Of a stretch of DNA of 64,000 nt, positions 10,259-20,389 are shown piece after piece. The notes beneath the pieces are model-generated. The model had not been told where the DNA came from and searched no databases. It saw nothing but the letters and a program-made list of their open reading frames with translations. The stretch covers positions 128,001 through 192,000 of the forward strand of contig OY970280.1 in assembly GCA_963715865.1 (NCBI GenBank). Reading direction: 5' to 3'. The stretch is from Candidatus Bathyarchaeota archaeon. Lineage in GTDB: Archaea; Thermoproteota; Bathyarchaeia; Bathyarchaeales; Bathycorpusculaceae. A program made the translations under genes and the position numbers. The stretch's first letter is position 1. The number at the start of each line of letters is the position of its first letter.

Positions 10259-12013
10259 TTGGCACTTGAAAACGATAAGGGACTTAAAGAGCTTATTCGC
10301 AAAGCCGCCTTGTTAAACGCGGTTTCGCACGACGGCAAAGCTCAAGCAGGCGCGATTGTAGGCAAAATTCTTGGTGAAAGAGCGGACCTGCGAACAAAAG
10401 TAAAAGAGCTCTCAAGCCTAATCAACCAAGTCGTAAATGAAGTTAACAGCCTTTCCCTTGCAGAGCAGAAAGCAATTGTTGAGAAAAATTGGCCTGAAAC
10501 CCAAAAGAAAGAGAAAGCAGAAGAAAAACGTCTCCCGCCATTGCCTAACGCGGATAAGTATCCTCAGATAGTGACGCGTTTTTCTCCGAACCCTGACTGC
10601 GTTCTGCATTTGGGTTCAGCAAGAGCCATCATACTAAGCCACGAGTACGCCCGCATGTACAACGGCAAATTCATTCTCCGCTTCGAAGACACAGACCCTA
10701 AAATGAAAAAGCCGTCCCTAATATTTTATGATAGCATCAGGCAGGATTTGAAGTGGCTCGGCTGCAAAGTTGACGAGGAATACATCCAAAGCGACAGACT
10801 GCCAATCTACTATGAGTACACAGAGCGGCTGATACGGGATGGCAACGCTTACGTTTGCGAGTGCCCGCCTGAAGAGTTTAGAAAAAAAACCTTAGCCAAA
10901 GAGCCCTGCCCTTGCCGAATCTTGCCAGCAGCCGAGAACTTGGAACGCTGGAAACGCATGCTAAACGGCGGTTACACGGAAGGGCAAGCAGTGGTTCGTG
11001 TGAAAACTGATTTGGAGCATCCGAACCCAGCGGTCAGAGACTGGCCAGCCTTGCGCGTGATTGATACTAAGAAGTATCCGCATCCGAGGGTTGGAAGCAA
11101 ATACATCGTTTGGCCCCTCTACAATTTAGCGGCTGGCTTAGACGACCATCTGATGGGCATGACACACATCATCCGAGGGAAAGAGCACTACACGAACATG
11201 GTTCGCCAGAAGTACATGTATGAGCATTTAGGCTGGAAATACCCCGAAGCCATACATTACGGCAGACTAAAAATCACAGGCGCTTTCTTGAGCAAGTCAA
11301 AGATTGTTCAGGGAATAAGGGAAGGCATCTACGCAGGCTTTGACGACCCACGCCTAGGCACATTTGCAGCTTTACGGAAACGAGGAATCACGCCTGAAGC
11401 TATCAAGAAAATGATTATTGACGTTGGAACAAAATCAAACGATGTTACCTTAAGCTGGGAAAACCTGTTCTCGTACAACCGCAAAATCCTCGACGCCACA
11501 AGCAACAGGTACTTCTTCGTGCCCGAGCCTGTTGAACTAAAAGTTTTACAAGTGCCGAAAACTTTCCATGCCAAACTTCCCCTGCATCCAGATAAGCCCG
11601 AGCGGCGGCTTTAGAGAATATATTGTAACGCCTGAAGGAAACGACAAAGCCGTTGCTTTTTGGATTGCAAAGAAGGATGCAGAAGCGATGGAAAATGGCA
11701 AAGTAATTAGGCTTATGGAGCTCTTTAACATCAAAATCGAAAACAAAACAGGCAATTCAGTAACCGCGACATTCGCAAGCGAATCCTATGAAGACGTTAG
11801 AAAAATTAAAGCCCAGCTTATCCAGTGGATACCGAAAGGCGAGGAGTTTCCATGCCAAGTAATAATGCCAGATGCCTCGGTAACTGAAGGGTTTGCTGAG
11901 AGTGCCTGCAAAAAGTTAAAGCCAGACGCTATAATACAGTTTGAACGCTTCGGATTCGTCACGCATAAACGAAGCTAGACCAGAAATTAGTCGCTTATTA
12001 CGCTCACAAATAA
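10259..12013 (+). CDS. gltX: Glutamate--tRNA ligase, archaeal type (three +1 frameshifts in this sequence)
   Basis: RFSPNPD..LHLGS, LRFEDTDP, RGKEH, LSKS and QFERFGFV. Shifts at ~11605, 11961 and ~11980 restore the typical ending AYYAHK* at 12013. Confidence 0.92.
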
Positions 12014-12031
12014 GAGTAATGGTGAATCAAC

Positions 12032-12334
12032 ATGAGAAAACTCGATAAAGCAATAATTTGGCCAATCTACTTCGACTCCTCTAAAACCAGAAAAGAAGGA
12101 CGCCGAGTCCCAAAAAATTTGGCAGTGCAATCCCCAAAAATCACAGAACTCAAAGAAGCAGCTGACCGATTGGGCTTAAAGAACGAAGTTAACCTTGAAG
12201 CTCATTTTCCCAAAATGCCTTGGGCTAAGACTGGAATGTTGCTTGTTGAAAAGAAAGAAGCAAAAGAAAAGATAATACAGAAAATTGCAAAACAATTAGT
12301 GAAGATTAAAAGTGCACCTGCAAAACCGCAGTAA
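12032..12334 (+). CDS. srp19: Signal recognition particle protein SRP19
   Basis: IIWPIYFDSSKTRKEGRRVPK signature. Confidence 0.92.
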   Translation: MRKLDKAIIWPIYFDSSKTRKEGRRVPKNLAVQSPKITELKEAADRLGLKNEVNLEAHFPKMPWAKTGMLLVEKKEAKEKIIQKIAKQLVKIKSAPAKPQ

Positions 12335-12337
12335 AAT

Positions 12338-12730
12338 TTAGCTTTTCTCTTTGCCTATGAAAACAGCGTTGATTACGCCGTCGTTGCCTGGGCGACTGGT
12401 AACTTTTGCAAGTCCCAGTGCGGTTTCTATTTCTGCGCCTTTAGTTATTACGCCTCTTCGGTTGTAGTCAACGTTAGCAGCGTTTCTAACCACGCGGGTG
12501 ATTTCGGTTTTTTGTGTTTTGCCTGTTTTAGGGTCGGTTACTGAAGCGTACTTGTCGCTTAAGACTTTGACTTTTGTGTTGCCGCCTAAGCCTCTGGAAG
12601 TTTTCCTTTTGGGTTCACCAAGGATTGTTTCAGCTGGGTATCCGCCTTGCTCGTATTTTTTCTTTGATCGGTAAGCTCTTTTTTTGCCGCCTGTGAGTTT
12701 TCTTTTGCGTAAACTGCTATGCCAAGACAT
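12338..12730 (-). CDS. rps8e: 30S ribosomal protein S8e
   Basis: RKLTGGK, RRGVITKGAEIET and VTSRPGNDGVINAV. Confidence 0.97.
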   Translation of the reverse strand: MSWHSSLRKRKLTGGKKRAYRSKKKYEQGGYPAETILGEPKRKTSRGLGGNTKVKVLSDKYASVTDPKTGKTQKTEITRVVRNAANVDYNRRGVITKGAEIETALGLAKVTSRPGNDGVINAVFIGKEKS

Positions 12731-12806
12731 ATTCTACATTTCCCTTTTTCGATATCTAATTCGAGTAGTCACTAAAACTGTTAATTTCCATATAAACGTA
12801 TCCGTT

Positions 12807-13406
12807 TTAAGTTTGTTCATCGTCCTTTAATGCTTCGCCGAAAATGCGTTTTAACTCTTTCTTCATCATGCTTGTATCATGTGTTAATCCGAAATAATCT
12901 GCAAAATAATCAGTAGTCTTTAAAGCCATCGTACGCCCGCTTCTTTCAGCAGTAATTAGCCCCATATCCTTCAGCAACTTCACATGACCATACGCGTGTT
13001 GTCCCCTGACATCAACAACGCGTTTCTGAGAAACAGGCTGCCGGTAAGCAATGTAAGAGAGCGTTTTTAACGGTCCAGAAGACAGCAGAGGTCTGTTCAC
13101 AAGTTTTTTAATCAAGGGCGTGAATTCTGCTTTTACCTGCAAAACGTAACGTTCGTCTTTTAACGCTAAGATTTCAAGCGCCGTGTTCCTAGAAGCGTAT
13201 TCTTGCATGAGCGTGTCAGCGTACTTCTGCACTTTCTTCTTTGAGCGGCTGCCTATAACTTGGCATAGCTCGTTGAGGTCTAATGGGCGACCAGCCACGT
13301 ACAGCGCAGCCTCTAACAGTGCCAAGTAATGAGCTTTCCGCTCGGCATCCTGAGCTTGCTCAGCGTCTTGGTTTGAATCAACTGTTTGGTTTTTCGGCTT
13401 TTCCAA
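12807..13406 (-). CDS. scpB: SMC-Scp complex subunit ScpB
   Basis: LEAALY..GRPL, LSSGPLKTLSYIAYRQPV and YFADYFGL; follows scpA. Confidence 0.9.
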   Translation of the reverse strand: MEKPKNQTVDSNQDAEQAQDAERKAHYLALLEAALYVAGRPLDLNELCQVIGSRSKKKVQKYADTLMQEYASRNTALEILALKDERYVLQVKAEFTPLIKKLVNRPLLSSGPLKTLSYIAYRQPVSQKRVVDVRGQHAYGHVKLLKDMGLITAERSGRTMALKTTDYFADYFGLTHDTSMMKKELKRIFGEALKDDEQT

Positions 13407-14082
13407 CGTTCAGTTTCCCCACGGCAATGTATAATTCTTCTGTTTCTTCGTTCTGCCATAAACTCACTAAGCCATCCTGCGCTAAAAACAAGAGGTAAAT
13501 AAACATTCTTAGTGCTTCGATTCTAGTTGCACCTTTCGACAGGGTTGAAAAATCGATTATTCCTGCACCCTTCACTTTTTCGCATAAAATAGCGTACAAC
13601 TTATCAATCTGCAACTTAAGTTCAGCAAGATACTTGTCAAACTGCGGTATCAAATCTGAAACCGATGGAAGAACAGGATGCTGCTCAATTGCATGGTTAA
13701 GATGAAGCATTTTTTCACCCTTCAACACATCATCCAATACCTCAAGCAAATGCTGAATTGTCGTAGAAGTTAACTCGTGCCTCAACGGCAAAAACAAAGG
13801 CGGTGGAACATAATCCTGCGGACCCTTAGGCGGGGCAGGCGGCTCTTGCAAAGTAAGCAACAGTTTAGATTTCATCAAGTAAATCAAAGCTGAAGAATCC
13901 AACGCGACGCCTGAAGCTCGGAAATCAACCTTGTCGGTTCTCTCCATTTCAGTAAGAAACGACCGTAACAGGTAAGCTATGTTAACGTTCCATGGAGTAA
14001 GCTTCTCAAGTTTGCTAATTTCGAACAGAATATTCCACGGAGGTCTCAGGTAAAATGGCTTTCTGATTGGTGTTGTCGACAT
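13378..14082 (-). CDS. scpA: Kleisin ScpA
   Basis: PWNVNIAYL N-terminal kleisin region, C-terminal FIYLLFLAQDGLVSLWQ winged helix; between smc and scpB. Confidence 0.85.
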   Translation of the reverse strand: MSTTPIRKPFYLRPPWNILFEISKLEKLTPWNVNIAYLLRSFLTEMERTDKVDFRASGVALDSSALIYLMKSKLLLTLQEPPAPPKGPQDYVPPPLFLPLRHELTSTTIQHLLEVLDDVLKGEKMLHLNHAIEQHPVLPSVSDLIPQFDKYLAELKLQIDKLYAILCEKVKGAGIIDFSTLSKGATRIEALRMFIYLLFLAQDGLVSLWQNEETEELYIAVGKLNVGKAEKPNS

Positions 14083-17000
14083 TTAGCTTGGTGCCTCCGC
14101 TGGGAATTTTGCAGTCACAACGTTGGAAACTCCGTTGAGTTCGTAAACTCCGTAGACTTTCTGTGCTTTGGTAACCATTTCAGGCTTCAAGGTGATGACT
14201 ATGAACTGGATTTTTCCAGCTTCTTCAAGCAGTACTTCTGCAAGTTTTGCGGTGTGGAAGGCGTCTAAGTGTGCGTCAACCTCGTCGAGAATGTAGAATG
14301 ACGCAGGCGTAAACTCTTTTAGCGAGAATATGAAGCTGACTGCTGAAACGGAACGTTCACCACCGCTTGCCCCACTTACAATAATTGATGGCTTATTTGG
14401 GAACTGCACAACCATGTCTATGCCGCCAGCGAAGGGGTCATCAGGGTTTTCAAGTTTTAACGTGGCTTCTCCCCCGCCGGTGAGTTTGGAAAAGTAAACC
14501 TTCAGGCTGGTGTTGATTTTTTCAAAAGCGGTCATGAAAACCTTGCGTTTTTTAGCTTCAATTTCATCCATAAACTGTACGATGGCTTGTTTTTCTCTTT
14601 CCAACTCGTTTAAGCGTACGGATAATTCTCTGTACCTTGAGTTTTGCTCTGAGTAATGTGAAAGTGCAAGCTGGTTTATGGCGCCTATTCTCTCCAGTTC
14701 AAACTGCATCATGCGGATGATTGTTTCTGCTTCCTCAACCTGCTTCTGATTGGCTTCTAAAGGCTGTTCATAGCCAAGCTGGCGAAGTTGACCTTGAAGT
14801 TGCTGAAGACGCAGTTGAATAGTTTCCATGCTAAGCTGAAGCTGGTTCAGAAGCGCTTCTGCCTGCTCATACTCTGAATCAAGCAACCGTAACTCAGCGT
14901 CAATAGCATCTATCTGGAAAGTGAACTTTTTGGATTCTTCACGGGCAGAAAAAACCGCCTTTGAGAGTTCAACACGGCTTTTATCTTGCTCATCTAGTTC
15001 TTTCTTGATTGATTCGCGCTCCTGAAGTGCCTCGGCAACCTCTTTGTCGAGTTTTCTTTGCTGTTGCTCAACCTTAGAAATCTGTATCTTAATATTTTTG
15101 TATCCATTTCTCAGTACTTTGTCGAATTGTGATTGGTAGGTTGAAATTTCCGTTTGCGTGGAGCCTGAGTTTTGGCGGAGCGTGTTCATTTCTTCCGCAA
15201 GTTTTTCCCGTTGAACCTCAAGTTCTTGGATGTGTGCCATGTCAGTTTTTAATCTTAAAGTGGCTATGTCCGTGTGTAGTTTTTGGAGCGCTTTCTGGAT
15301 AGAGTTTCTCTCATTCATGTACATGCTCATGCGGCCTTTGTAAGATGCAGCTTCGCGTTCAAGTTTGCCGCCGTATTTTTCTGTATGCCGAATGTTGAAT
15401 TGTGTTCTTTTAACGCTTCGTTTAATTCTCACTATTTCCCTGTCTAAAGTGGCAATGGATTCTGAAAGCCGTGTGATCTCAATTTTGGTTCGCTCAATTT
15501 CTTCTTCTATACCTGAAATGTCAGTTCCTCTTTGAGTAAGGTGTTGCTGGAGGGCTTTCACTGCTTCGTCTAAACTGTTTAGTGCACCTTCGCTTGGAAT
15601 AATTGTTGAGAAATCTATTGGCGCACGGTAATAGCCGCTTTCAAAAGCGCCAGGCTCATACAAGTCACCATTAACTGTGACCGCGCGGTAGCCTTCGTTT
15701 GAAAGTGCAAAAGCTGTTTTATCGTTTGAGACTACTATTGTGTCTCCGAAAACATAGTTCACCGCCAGCTCATAAGCACTTTCATACCTCATGAAGTTTG
15801 AGAGGGCGCCTGCTACTCCGTCTCGGCTGGGTGTTTCCTTATTTTTAAGGTTGATTGCTCCCTGCAATGGAATAATTTTGACTCTGCCCAGTTTCATGCG
15901 CCTAAGCGTTTCAGTGCACATGAAGGCTGAGTCGATGTCCGCTACAACTAAAGCGTCAAGCCATCCGGTTGCGGCTGCTTCTATGGCTTTCTTGTAGTTT
16001 TTGTCGATTTTTATTAAATTGCGTAATCTACCGTAGATTCCACTTATTGCGCCGACATTACCCATTTCCTCTATGCTTCTCAGGGCTTTTTCTCCAGTAG
16101 CTATGGTTGCGGCAAGGTCTCTTTGAGTGGCGAATTCTATTACGGCTTCTTTAGCTGAACTGGCTATTCTTTCCGCTTCTGTGATTTCTTTTTCAACAGC
16201 TTCTTTTTGGGCTTTTTTGCGTTCGATTGTGTGTTCAAGATTTTTAAGTTGATTTTTCTGGTCCTTTTGAACCTGCTCTAGCTCAGACAGTGACTTTTCG
16301 ATTTCGACTAAGCTTGTCTGGAATTTTTCTTTTCGTACGTTTAAGTTTTTGATTCTTCCATTGCAGAGTCGAAGTGCTGCTTTGTCTTTTGTATATTCTG
16401 AGTGTAAATATGCGAGTCGTTTAACGTGATTTTCGATTTCGGCTTCCATAGCTCGTATTTGCTGGTTGTTATCGCCAAGTCCTTCCCAAAGCTGCGTGGT
16501 TTCTTTTGCCAGCGCGTCATGGTCCAACTCTTTTTGTGTTGTTTGGTTTTTGATTTTTTCATATTCACTGCGAAAAGCTCGGATTTTTAACCGGTTTTCC
16601 CGTATCTCGTTTCTTATATTTTCCTGTTGGGCTATGTTGTTTTCTCTTATGCGCTTTAAGCTTTCAAGGCTACCTTGCCCAGAACTGATTTTTGTTGATA
16701 ATTCTGTGAGTTTAGATCTTAACTCGCCAATCATTATTTGAACCTTAAGAACTTGTGAACCGCCCTCTTCAAGGTTTTCGCCGCTGAGTTTTCGCCAGTC
16801 AGCCTCGACTGCGTGCCGTTTTGACCTGCGCAGGTCACGCTGCACTTTTAATTTGTCAACTCTGGCTTTCACTTTTTCAGTTTGGCTAGTCGTTTCATTT
16901 ATTTTAGCGTTTAATTGCGTTATATCGTTTGAGATTTTGATTGCTTGGAACTTTTTAGTTTCACTCTGGATGAAATTATAGCGTAAAAGTTGGTTGCGTT

Positions 17001-17634
17001 CACGTTCCAAATCATCTAAGCGCTTTTGTACCTCATCTATTCTGCCCATGGCTGTGCGGATTGAAATGTCAGCAGTTCGCAGTTTTTCTTCTGCGTCAGT
17101 CTTCTCAGCGTCATATTGAGCTATTCCAACGAGGTCTTCGATGATTTTTCTGCGTTCATTCGGGGTAATTTCTGTTAACCGAGTTATGGTGCCTTGAGGG
17201 ATAATGTTCTGGCTAACACTGCTTATTGAAGCCATGGAGAGAGTTTCTACAATATGCCCTCGTGACATTCTTCTGCCGTTTAATCGGTAAACGCTTTGAC
17301 CATTTCGGTAAACCTCACGTGAAATCGTAACAGTGGATGTGTCAACGGGCATTGTGCCATCCGAATTATCAAATTGAATGACAACCTTCGCCATTTTGAC
17401 TTTTTCTTGCCCTGCTTTTTCTGAGCCGTAAAAGATTAGTTTAGCAGCGTTTTCAGCACGGAGCCTTCTTGAGCTTAATTCCCCAAGCGAGAAAAGCACC
17501 GCATCCATAATGTTGGTTTTCCCGCTTCCGTTGGGGCCTGTTATGGCTGTAAAGCCTTTGTCTAAAACTACTTTGACTGTCTGTGGCCCAAAAGACTTAA
17601 AGCCTTTTAACTCGATTTTTTTAATGTAGGGCAT
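14083..17634 (-). CDS. smc: Chromosome segregation protein SMC
   Basis: KGFKSF, Walker A GPNGSGKTN, coiled coils, hinge (GIYGRLRNLI), signature ASGGERS, Walker B LDEVDAHLD. Confidence 0.97.
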   Translation of the reverse strand: MPYIKKIELKGFKSFGPQTVKVVLDKGFTAITGPNGSGKTNIMDAVLFSLGELSSRRLRAENAAKLIFYGSEKAGQEKVKMAKVVIQFDNSDGTMPVDTSTVTISREVYRNGQSVYRLNGRRMSRGHIVETLSMASISSVSQNIIPQGTITRLTEITPNERRKIIEDLVGIAQYDAEKTDAEEKLRTADISIRTAMGRIDEVQKRLDDLERERNQLLRYNFIQSETKKFQAIKISNDITQLNAKINETTSQTEKVKARVDKLKVQRDLRRSKRHAVEADWRKLSGENLEEGGSQVLKVQIMIGELRSKLTELSTKISSGQGSLESLKRIRENNIAQQENIRNEIRENRLKIRAFRSEYEKIKNQTTQKELDHDALAKETTQLWEGLGDNNQQIRAMEAEIENHVKRLAYLHSEYTKDKAALRLCNGRIKNLNVRKEKFQTSLVEIEKSLSELEQVQKDQKNQLKNLEHTIERKKAQKEAVEKEITEAERIASSAKEAVIEFATQRDLAATIATGEKALRSIEEMGNVGAISGIYGRLRNLIKIDKNYKKAIEAAATGWLDALVVADIDSAFMCTETLRRMKLGRVKIIPLQGAINLKNKETPSRDGVAGALSNFMRYESAYELAVNYVFGDTIVVSNDKTAFALSNEGYRAVTVNGDLYEPGAFESGYYRAPIDFSTIIPSEGALNSLDEAVKALQQHLTQRGTDISGIEEEIERTKIEITRLSESIATLDREIVRIKRSVKRTQFNIRHTEKYGGKLEREAASYKGRMSMYMNERNSIQKALQKLHTDIATLRLKTDMAHIQELEVQREKLAEEMNTLRQNSGSTQTEISTYQSQFDKVLRNGYKNIKIQISKVEQQQRKLDKEVAEALQERESIKKELDEQDKSRVELSKAVFSAREESKKFTFQIDAIDAELRLLDSEYEQAEALLNQLQLSMETIQLRLQQLQGQLRQLGYEQPLEANQKQVEEAETIIRMMQFELERIGAINQLALSHYSEQNSRYRELSVRLNELEREKQAIVQFMDEIEAKKRKVFMTAFEKINTSLKVYFSKLTGGGEATLKLENPDDPFAGGIDMVVQFPNKPSIIVSGASGGERSVSAVSFIFSLKEFTPASFYILDEVDAHLDAFHTAKLAEVLLEEAGKIQFIVITLKPEMVTKAQKVYGVYELNGVSNVVTAKFPAEAPS

Positions 17635-17847
17635 TTAGCCTTTATCCTCACGGCAAGCGATGTATATTATTTTAACATCTCATCAACATACGTATAAAAG
17701 CTTATACTAGTTTCCATAGCTAAAATGCACCTTCGCCGTCTTGGTGCTGCTGAAAGGAGCAAGTGTCCTTGCCTGTTGGCTAACCGCAGAGACCCCTCTT
17801 TTTAGCGCTTAAACTACCTTGTAAAAAGAGGCCTACCCCCTACCTGC

Positions 17848-17930
17848 CTACTTCCATTTTGTCAGTATCTCTTCCCTGCGGAAAGTGCCTGTGCTAACGA
17901 AAAAAAAAGAAAAACACATCAACCGCTAAA
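17848..17930 (-). pseudogene. Degenerate copy of the 3' end of the adjacent ABC-2 permease gene
   Basis: Aligns with 18168-18246 and encodes ..VSTGTFRREEILTKWK* with a 4-nt expansion in an A-run. Confidence 0.8.
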
Positions 17931-17955
17931 GATTCTTGTTAGGTTGATGCTTAAC

Positions 17956-18156
17956 CTAGTTAGTATCCGCGCTAATGCTATCTGCCTTCTTCCGCGGCTT
18001 CCAAACATACCCAACCACAAATAATACTATGCCTATAATGAGTATTCCAACGAAAGCTGGTGAGAAGCCATTAAGAATAAGCAGGATGACGCCTATCACC
18101 GTGAGGATGCATCCCATCAAGATAAGTCTTAATTTCATGCTATCCATATTTTCCAC
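17956..18156 (-). CDS. Small two-TM membrane protein
   Basis: 66 aa, two hydrophobic helices, GGGGGTGG-like RBS upstream. Confidence 0.6.
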   Translation of the reverse strand: MENMDSMKLRLILMGCILTVIGVILLILNGFSPAFVGILIIGIVLFVVGYVWKPRKKADSISADTN

Positions 18157-18167
18157 CCCCTAAGCCG

Positions 18168-18905
18168 CTACTTCCATTTTGTTAATATTTCCTCTCTGCG
18201 GAAAGTGGCTGTACTGACAAAGAACAGAATCACATCAACCGCTAAGAGGATACCGGAGATTATGAGAAGGTTGTTTACATCGAGAGTTATTACGCCTATC
18301 TCACTAGCCAGGTAAATGGCTAAAAAGGGAAAGAACATGAGGATCCCAAAACTGCTAGCGCTACGCACATCATTAACTCTCGATGAAACAATCACACTGA
18401 ACTCAACACTCAAAACAACGGCGACCGGCATCAGAATTAGAAGTAAAGTGGCGATAGTCCAGTTTGGAAAATAATAATAGCCAAGCTTACTGAAAGCCAC
18501 TTCGTCCATGCCTACCATGAAGACTGCTGCAGCCGCATACATTGCTACTAAAGTTGGCACGATTGCGGAAATGGTTTTTCCAAGCAAAATCTCCCCATCA
18601 GTGAGGGGCGTAGCCAAAAGCGGTTCCAGACTCTTCTCCACTTTCTCCCCAACTATGCTGTAAGAAGCAATCCCTAAGGGAACGAACGCTGCTCCTATAA
18701 CCAAAAAGAAGGAAAACGAGTTAAGCAGCGCCGGAAGTTGCGCGGCTGAGAGTCCACTAGTCTTCCTTCCTGCATACTCCAGCACCACTGGAAAAATAAC
18801 CGAGATGATAATAGGGAAAATGATGATTGAATACCAAACGTTTTTTTGACGCCTGAATATCTTGAAGTCCCTGACTGCTATAATCCACGCCTTAGATAGT
18901 CTCAT
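18168..18905 (-). CDS. ABC-2 type exporter permease
   Basis: SIVGEKVEKSLEPLLATP motif, multiple TM helices. Confidence 0.9.
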   Translation of the reverse strand: MRLSKAWIIAVRDFKIFRRQKNVWYSIIIFPIIISVIFPVVLEYAGRKTSGLSAAQLPALLNSFSFFLVIGAAFVPLGIASYSIVGEKVEKSLEPLLATPLTDGEILLGKTISAIVPTLVAMYAAAAVFMVGMDEVAFSKLGYYYFPNWTIATLLLILMPVAVVLSVEFSVIVSSRVNDVRSASSFGILMFFPFLAIYLASEIGVITLDVNNLLIISGILLAVDVILFFVSTATFRREEILTKWK

Positions 18906-18907
18906 AC

Positions 18908-19831
18908 TTATTTCCTCACAAGTTTTAGATATGTATCTTCTAAGGTTGAACCCGCCACGTTGATGGTTCGAACATGACCGCCAGCCTGCACTATGGCCTC
19001 TACAACCGGCGAATTTTCCTTGTCTGGGTCTTCCACATCAAATGTTATGTTGTTGCCATCAGTGGTTAAGTTCTTAAGTGACAGCTTTTTCAAAGCGTTC
19101 AGAACCGCATCATTCACCTGCTCCAGTTCGATAACTGTTTTTTTGCCACTAACGGACTGTTCAAGTTCCTGTGGAGTACCTGTTGCACGCAGCGTCGTAT
19201 TGAGAATCCCTATTTTGTCACATATCCTTTGTGCCTCATCGAGGTTGTGGGTATTTAGGAAAATGGTTTTCTTCTGCTTTTTCAGCTCAAGAATGAACTC
19301 TCTGACAGTTTTTGCTGATTCCGGGTCTAGGTTCGCTGTCGGCTCGTCTAAAAACAGTATTTGCGGTTCATGGATAAGGGCGCGTGCAATTGCCAGTTTT
19401 TGCTTCATGCCTTTGGAAAAAGTCCCTGCCAAAACGTTCCTCTTATCCCAAAGCCCCAACATCTCAAGGAAACGCTGGATACTCTCTTTCCTTTGAGCAT
19501 CCGTACAATCATATATCTTTCCGAAAAAGTCCAGGTTATCATAAGCCGTCAGATGTTCAGATAGCCCAACATTATCGGGGACCAACCCAATGATTTTCCT
19601 GATTTTCAATGAATCTTCCTTGTTGCCTATCTCATACCCGCCTATTCTAGCGCTTCCGCTTGTCTTTGATATCAGGCAACACAGCATCCTAATCGTAGTG
19701 GTTTTTCCTGCACCGTTCGGTCCGAGAAAACCAAAAACTTCACCCTCATCGACATGTAGGGTGAGGTTGTCTACGGCTGTCAGGTTACCAAATTTTCTTG
19801 AAAGATTTTCAGTATCAATCACTATGGTCAC
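18908..19831 (-). CDS. ABC transporter ATP-binding protein
   Basis: GPNGAGKTT, FSKGMKQ and LFLDEPT. Confidence 0.95.
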   Translation of the reverse strand: MTIVIDTENLSRKFGNLTAVDNLTLHVDEGEVFGFLGPNGAGKTTTIRMLCCLISKTSGSARIGGYEIGNKEDSLKIRKIIGLVPDNVGLSEHLTAYDNLDFFGKIYDCTDAQRKESIQRFLEMLGLWDKRNVLAGTFSKGMKQKLAIARALIHEPQILFLDEPTANLDPESAKTVREFILELKKQKKTIFLNTHNLDEAQRICDKIGILNTTLRATGTPQELEQSVSGKKTVIELEQVNDAVLNALKKLSLKNLTTDGNNITFDVEDPDKENSPVVEAIVQAGGHVRTINVAGSTLEDTYLKLVRK

Positions 19832-20066
19832 CGAAGCGCATGAGCTATTCCAATGATGTCTTCAATGACTCTGAATCATTTGTTATATTATATAAGCTTT
19901 CGAGCAGAGCTATTACTTGTACCGATACTACGTACACCACAAATTCCTAACATACTCACAATAAATCCGACACGTGCAAGGTTTAACAGGGATGATTAAA
20001 AAATTAAAAGCAGAAAATTAATATTCGACGCATGCGCAAAGGCTTGGAGAACAGTGGTGAAGTAAA

Positions 20067-20276
20067 ATGAGTTTTGGAACAAAAGTCTTTAGTGGTGTTC
20101 AAGAAGTGTTAGTTTTAGCGTTAATGCTTGTGTCTGTTTTTGCGCTTTTCTATGTTGACATAAGCATCATGTACAAGGTAGGCATTGCAGTGATGGTGTT
20201 CTCAGTGATCTTCTTGACTACCTTAGCAACCCAAATTCTGAAGCAACAAAAAGAGAGCAAGCAAGCCGCCGCCTAA
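20067..20276 (+). CDS. Small membrane protein
   Basis: 69 aa, two hydrophobic segments, GGTGA RBS. Confidence 0.6.
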   Translation: MSFGTKVFSGVQEVLVLALMLVSVFALFYVDISIMYKVGIAVMVFSVIFLTTLATQILKQQKESKQAAA

Positions 20277-20389
20277 CCTTCTTTCACTTTCACTCTACCC
20301 TCCCCTGTTCTGCAATGTTGTTTCTGCGATGTTTTAAAAAGGGTTAGGAGCGTTAGTTGCTGCGTCCATGAATAGGGGGAGTAAAAATA

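Noticed and set aside
1634-19856. Many 60-170-aa ORFs antisense to or overlapping core genes (e.g. 18993-19496, 2837-3223)
   Set aside because: Shadow ORFs of well-supported genes with no motifs of their own
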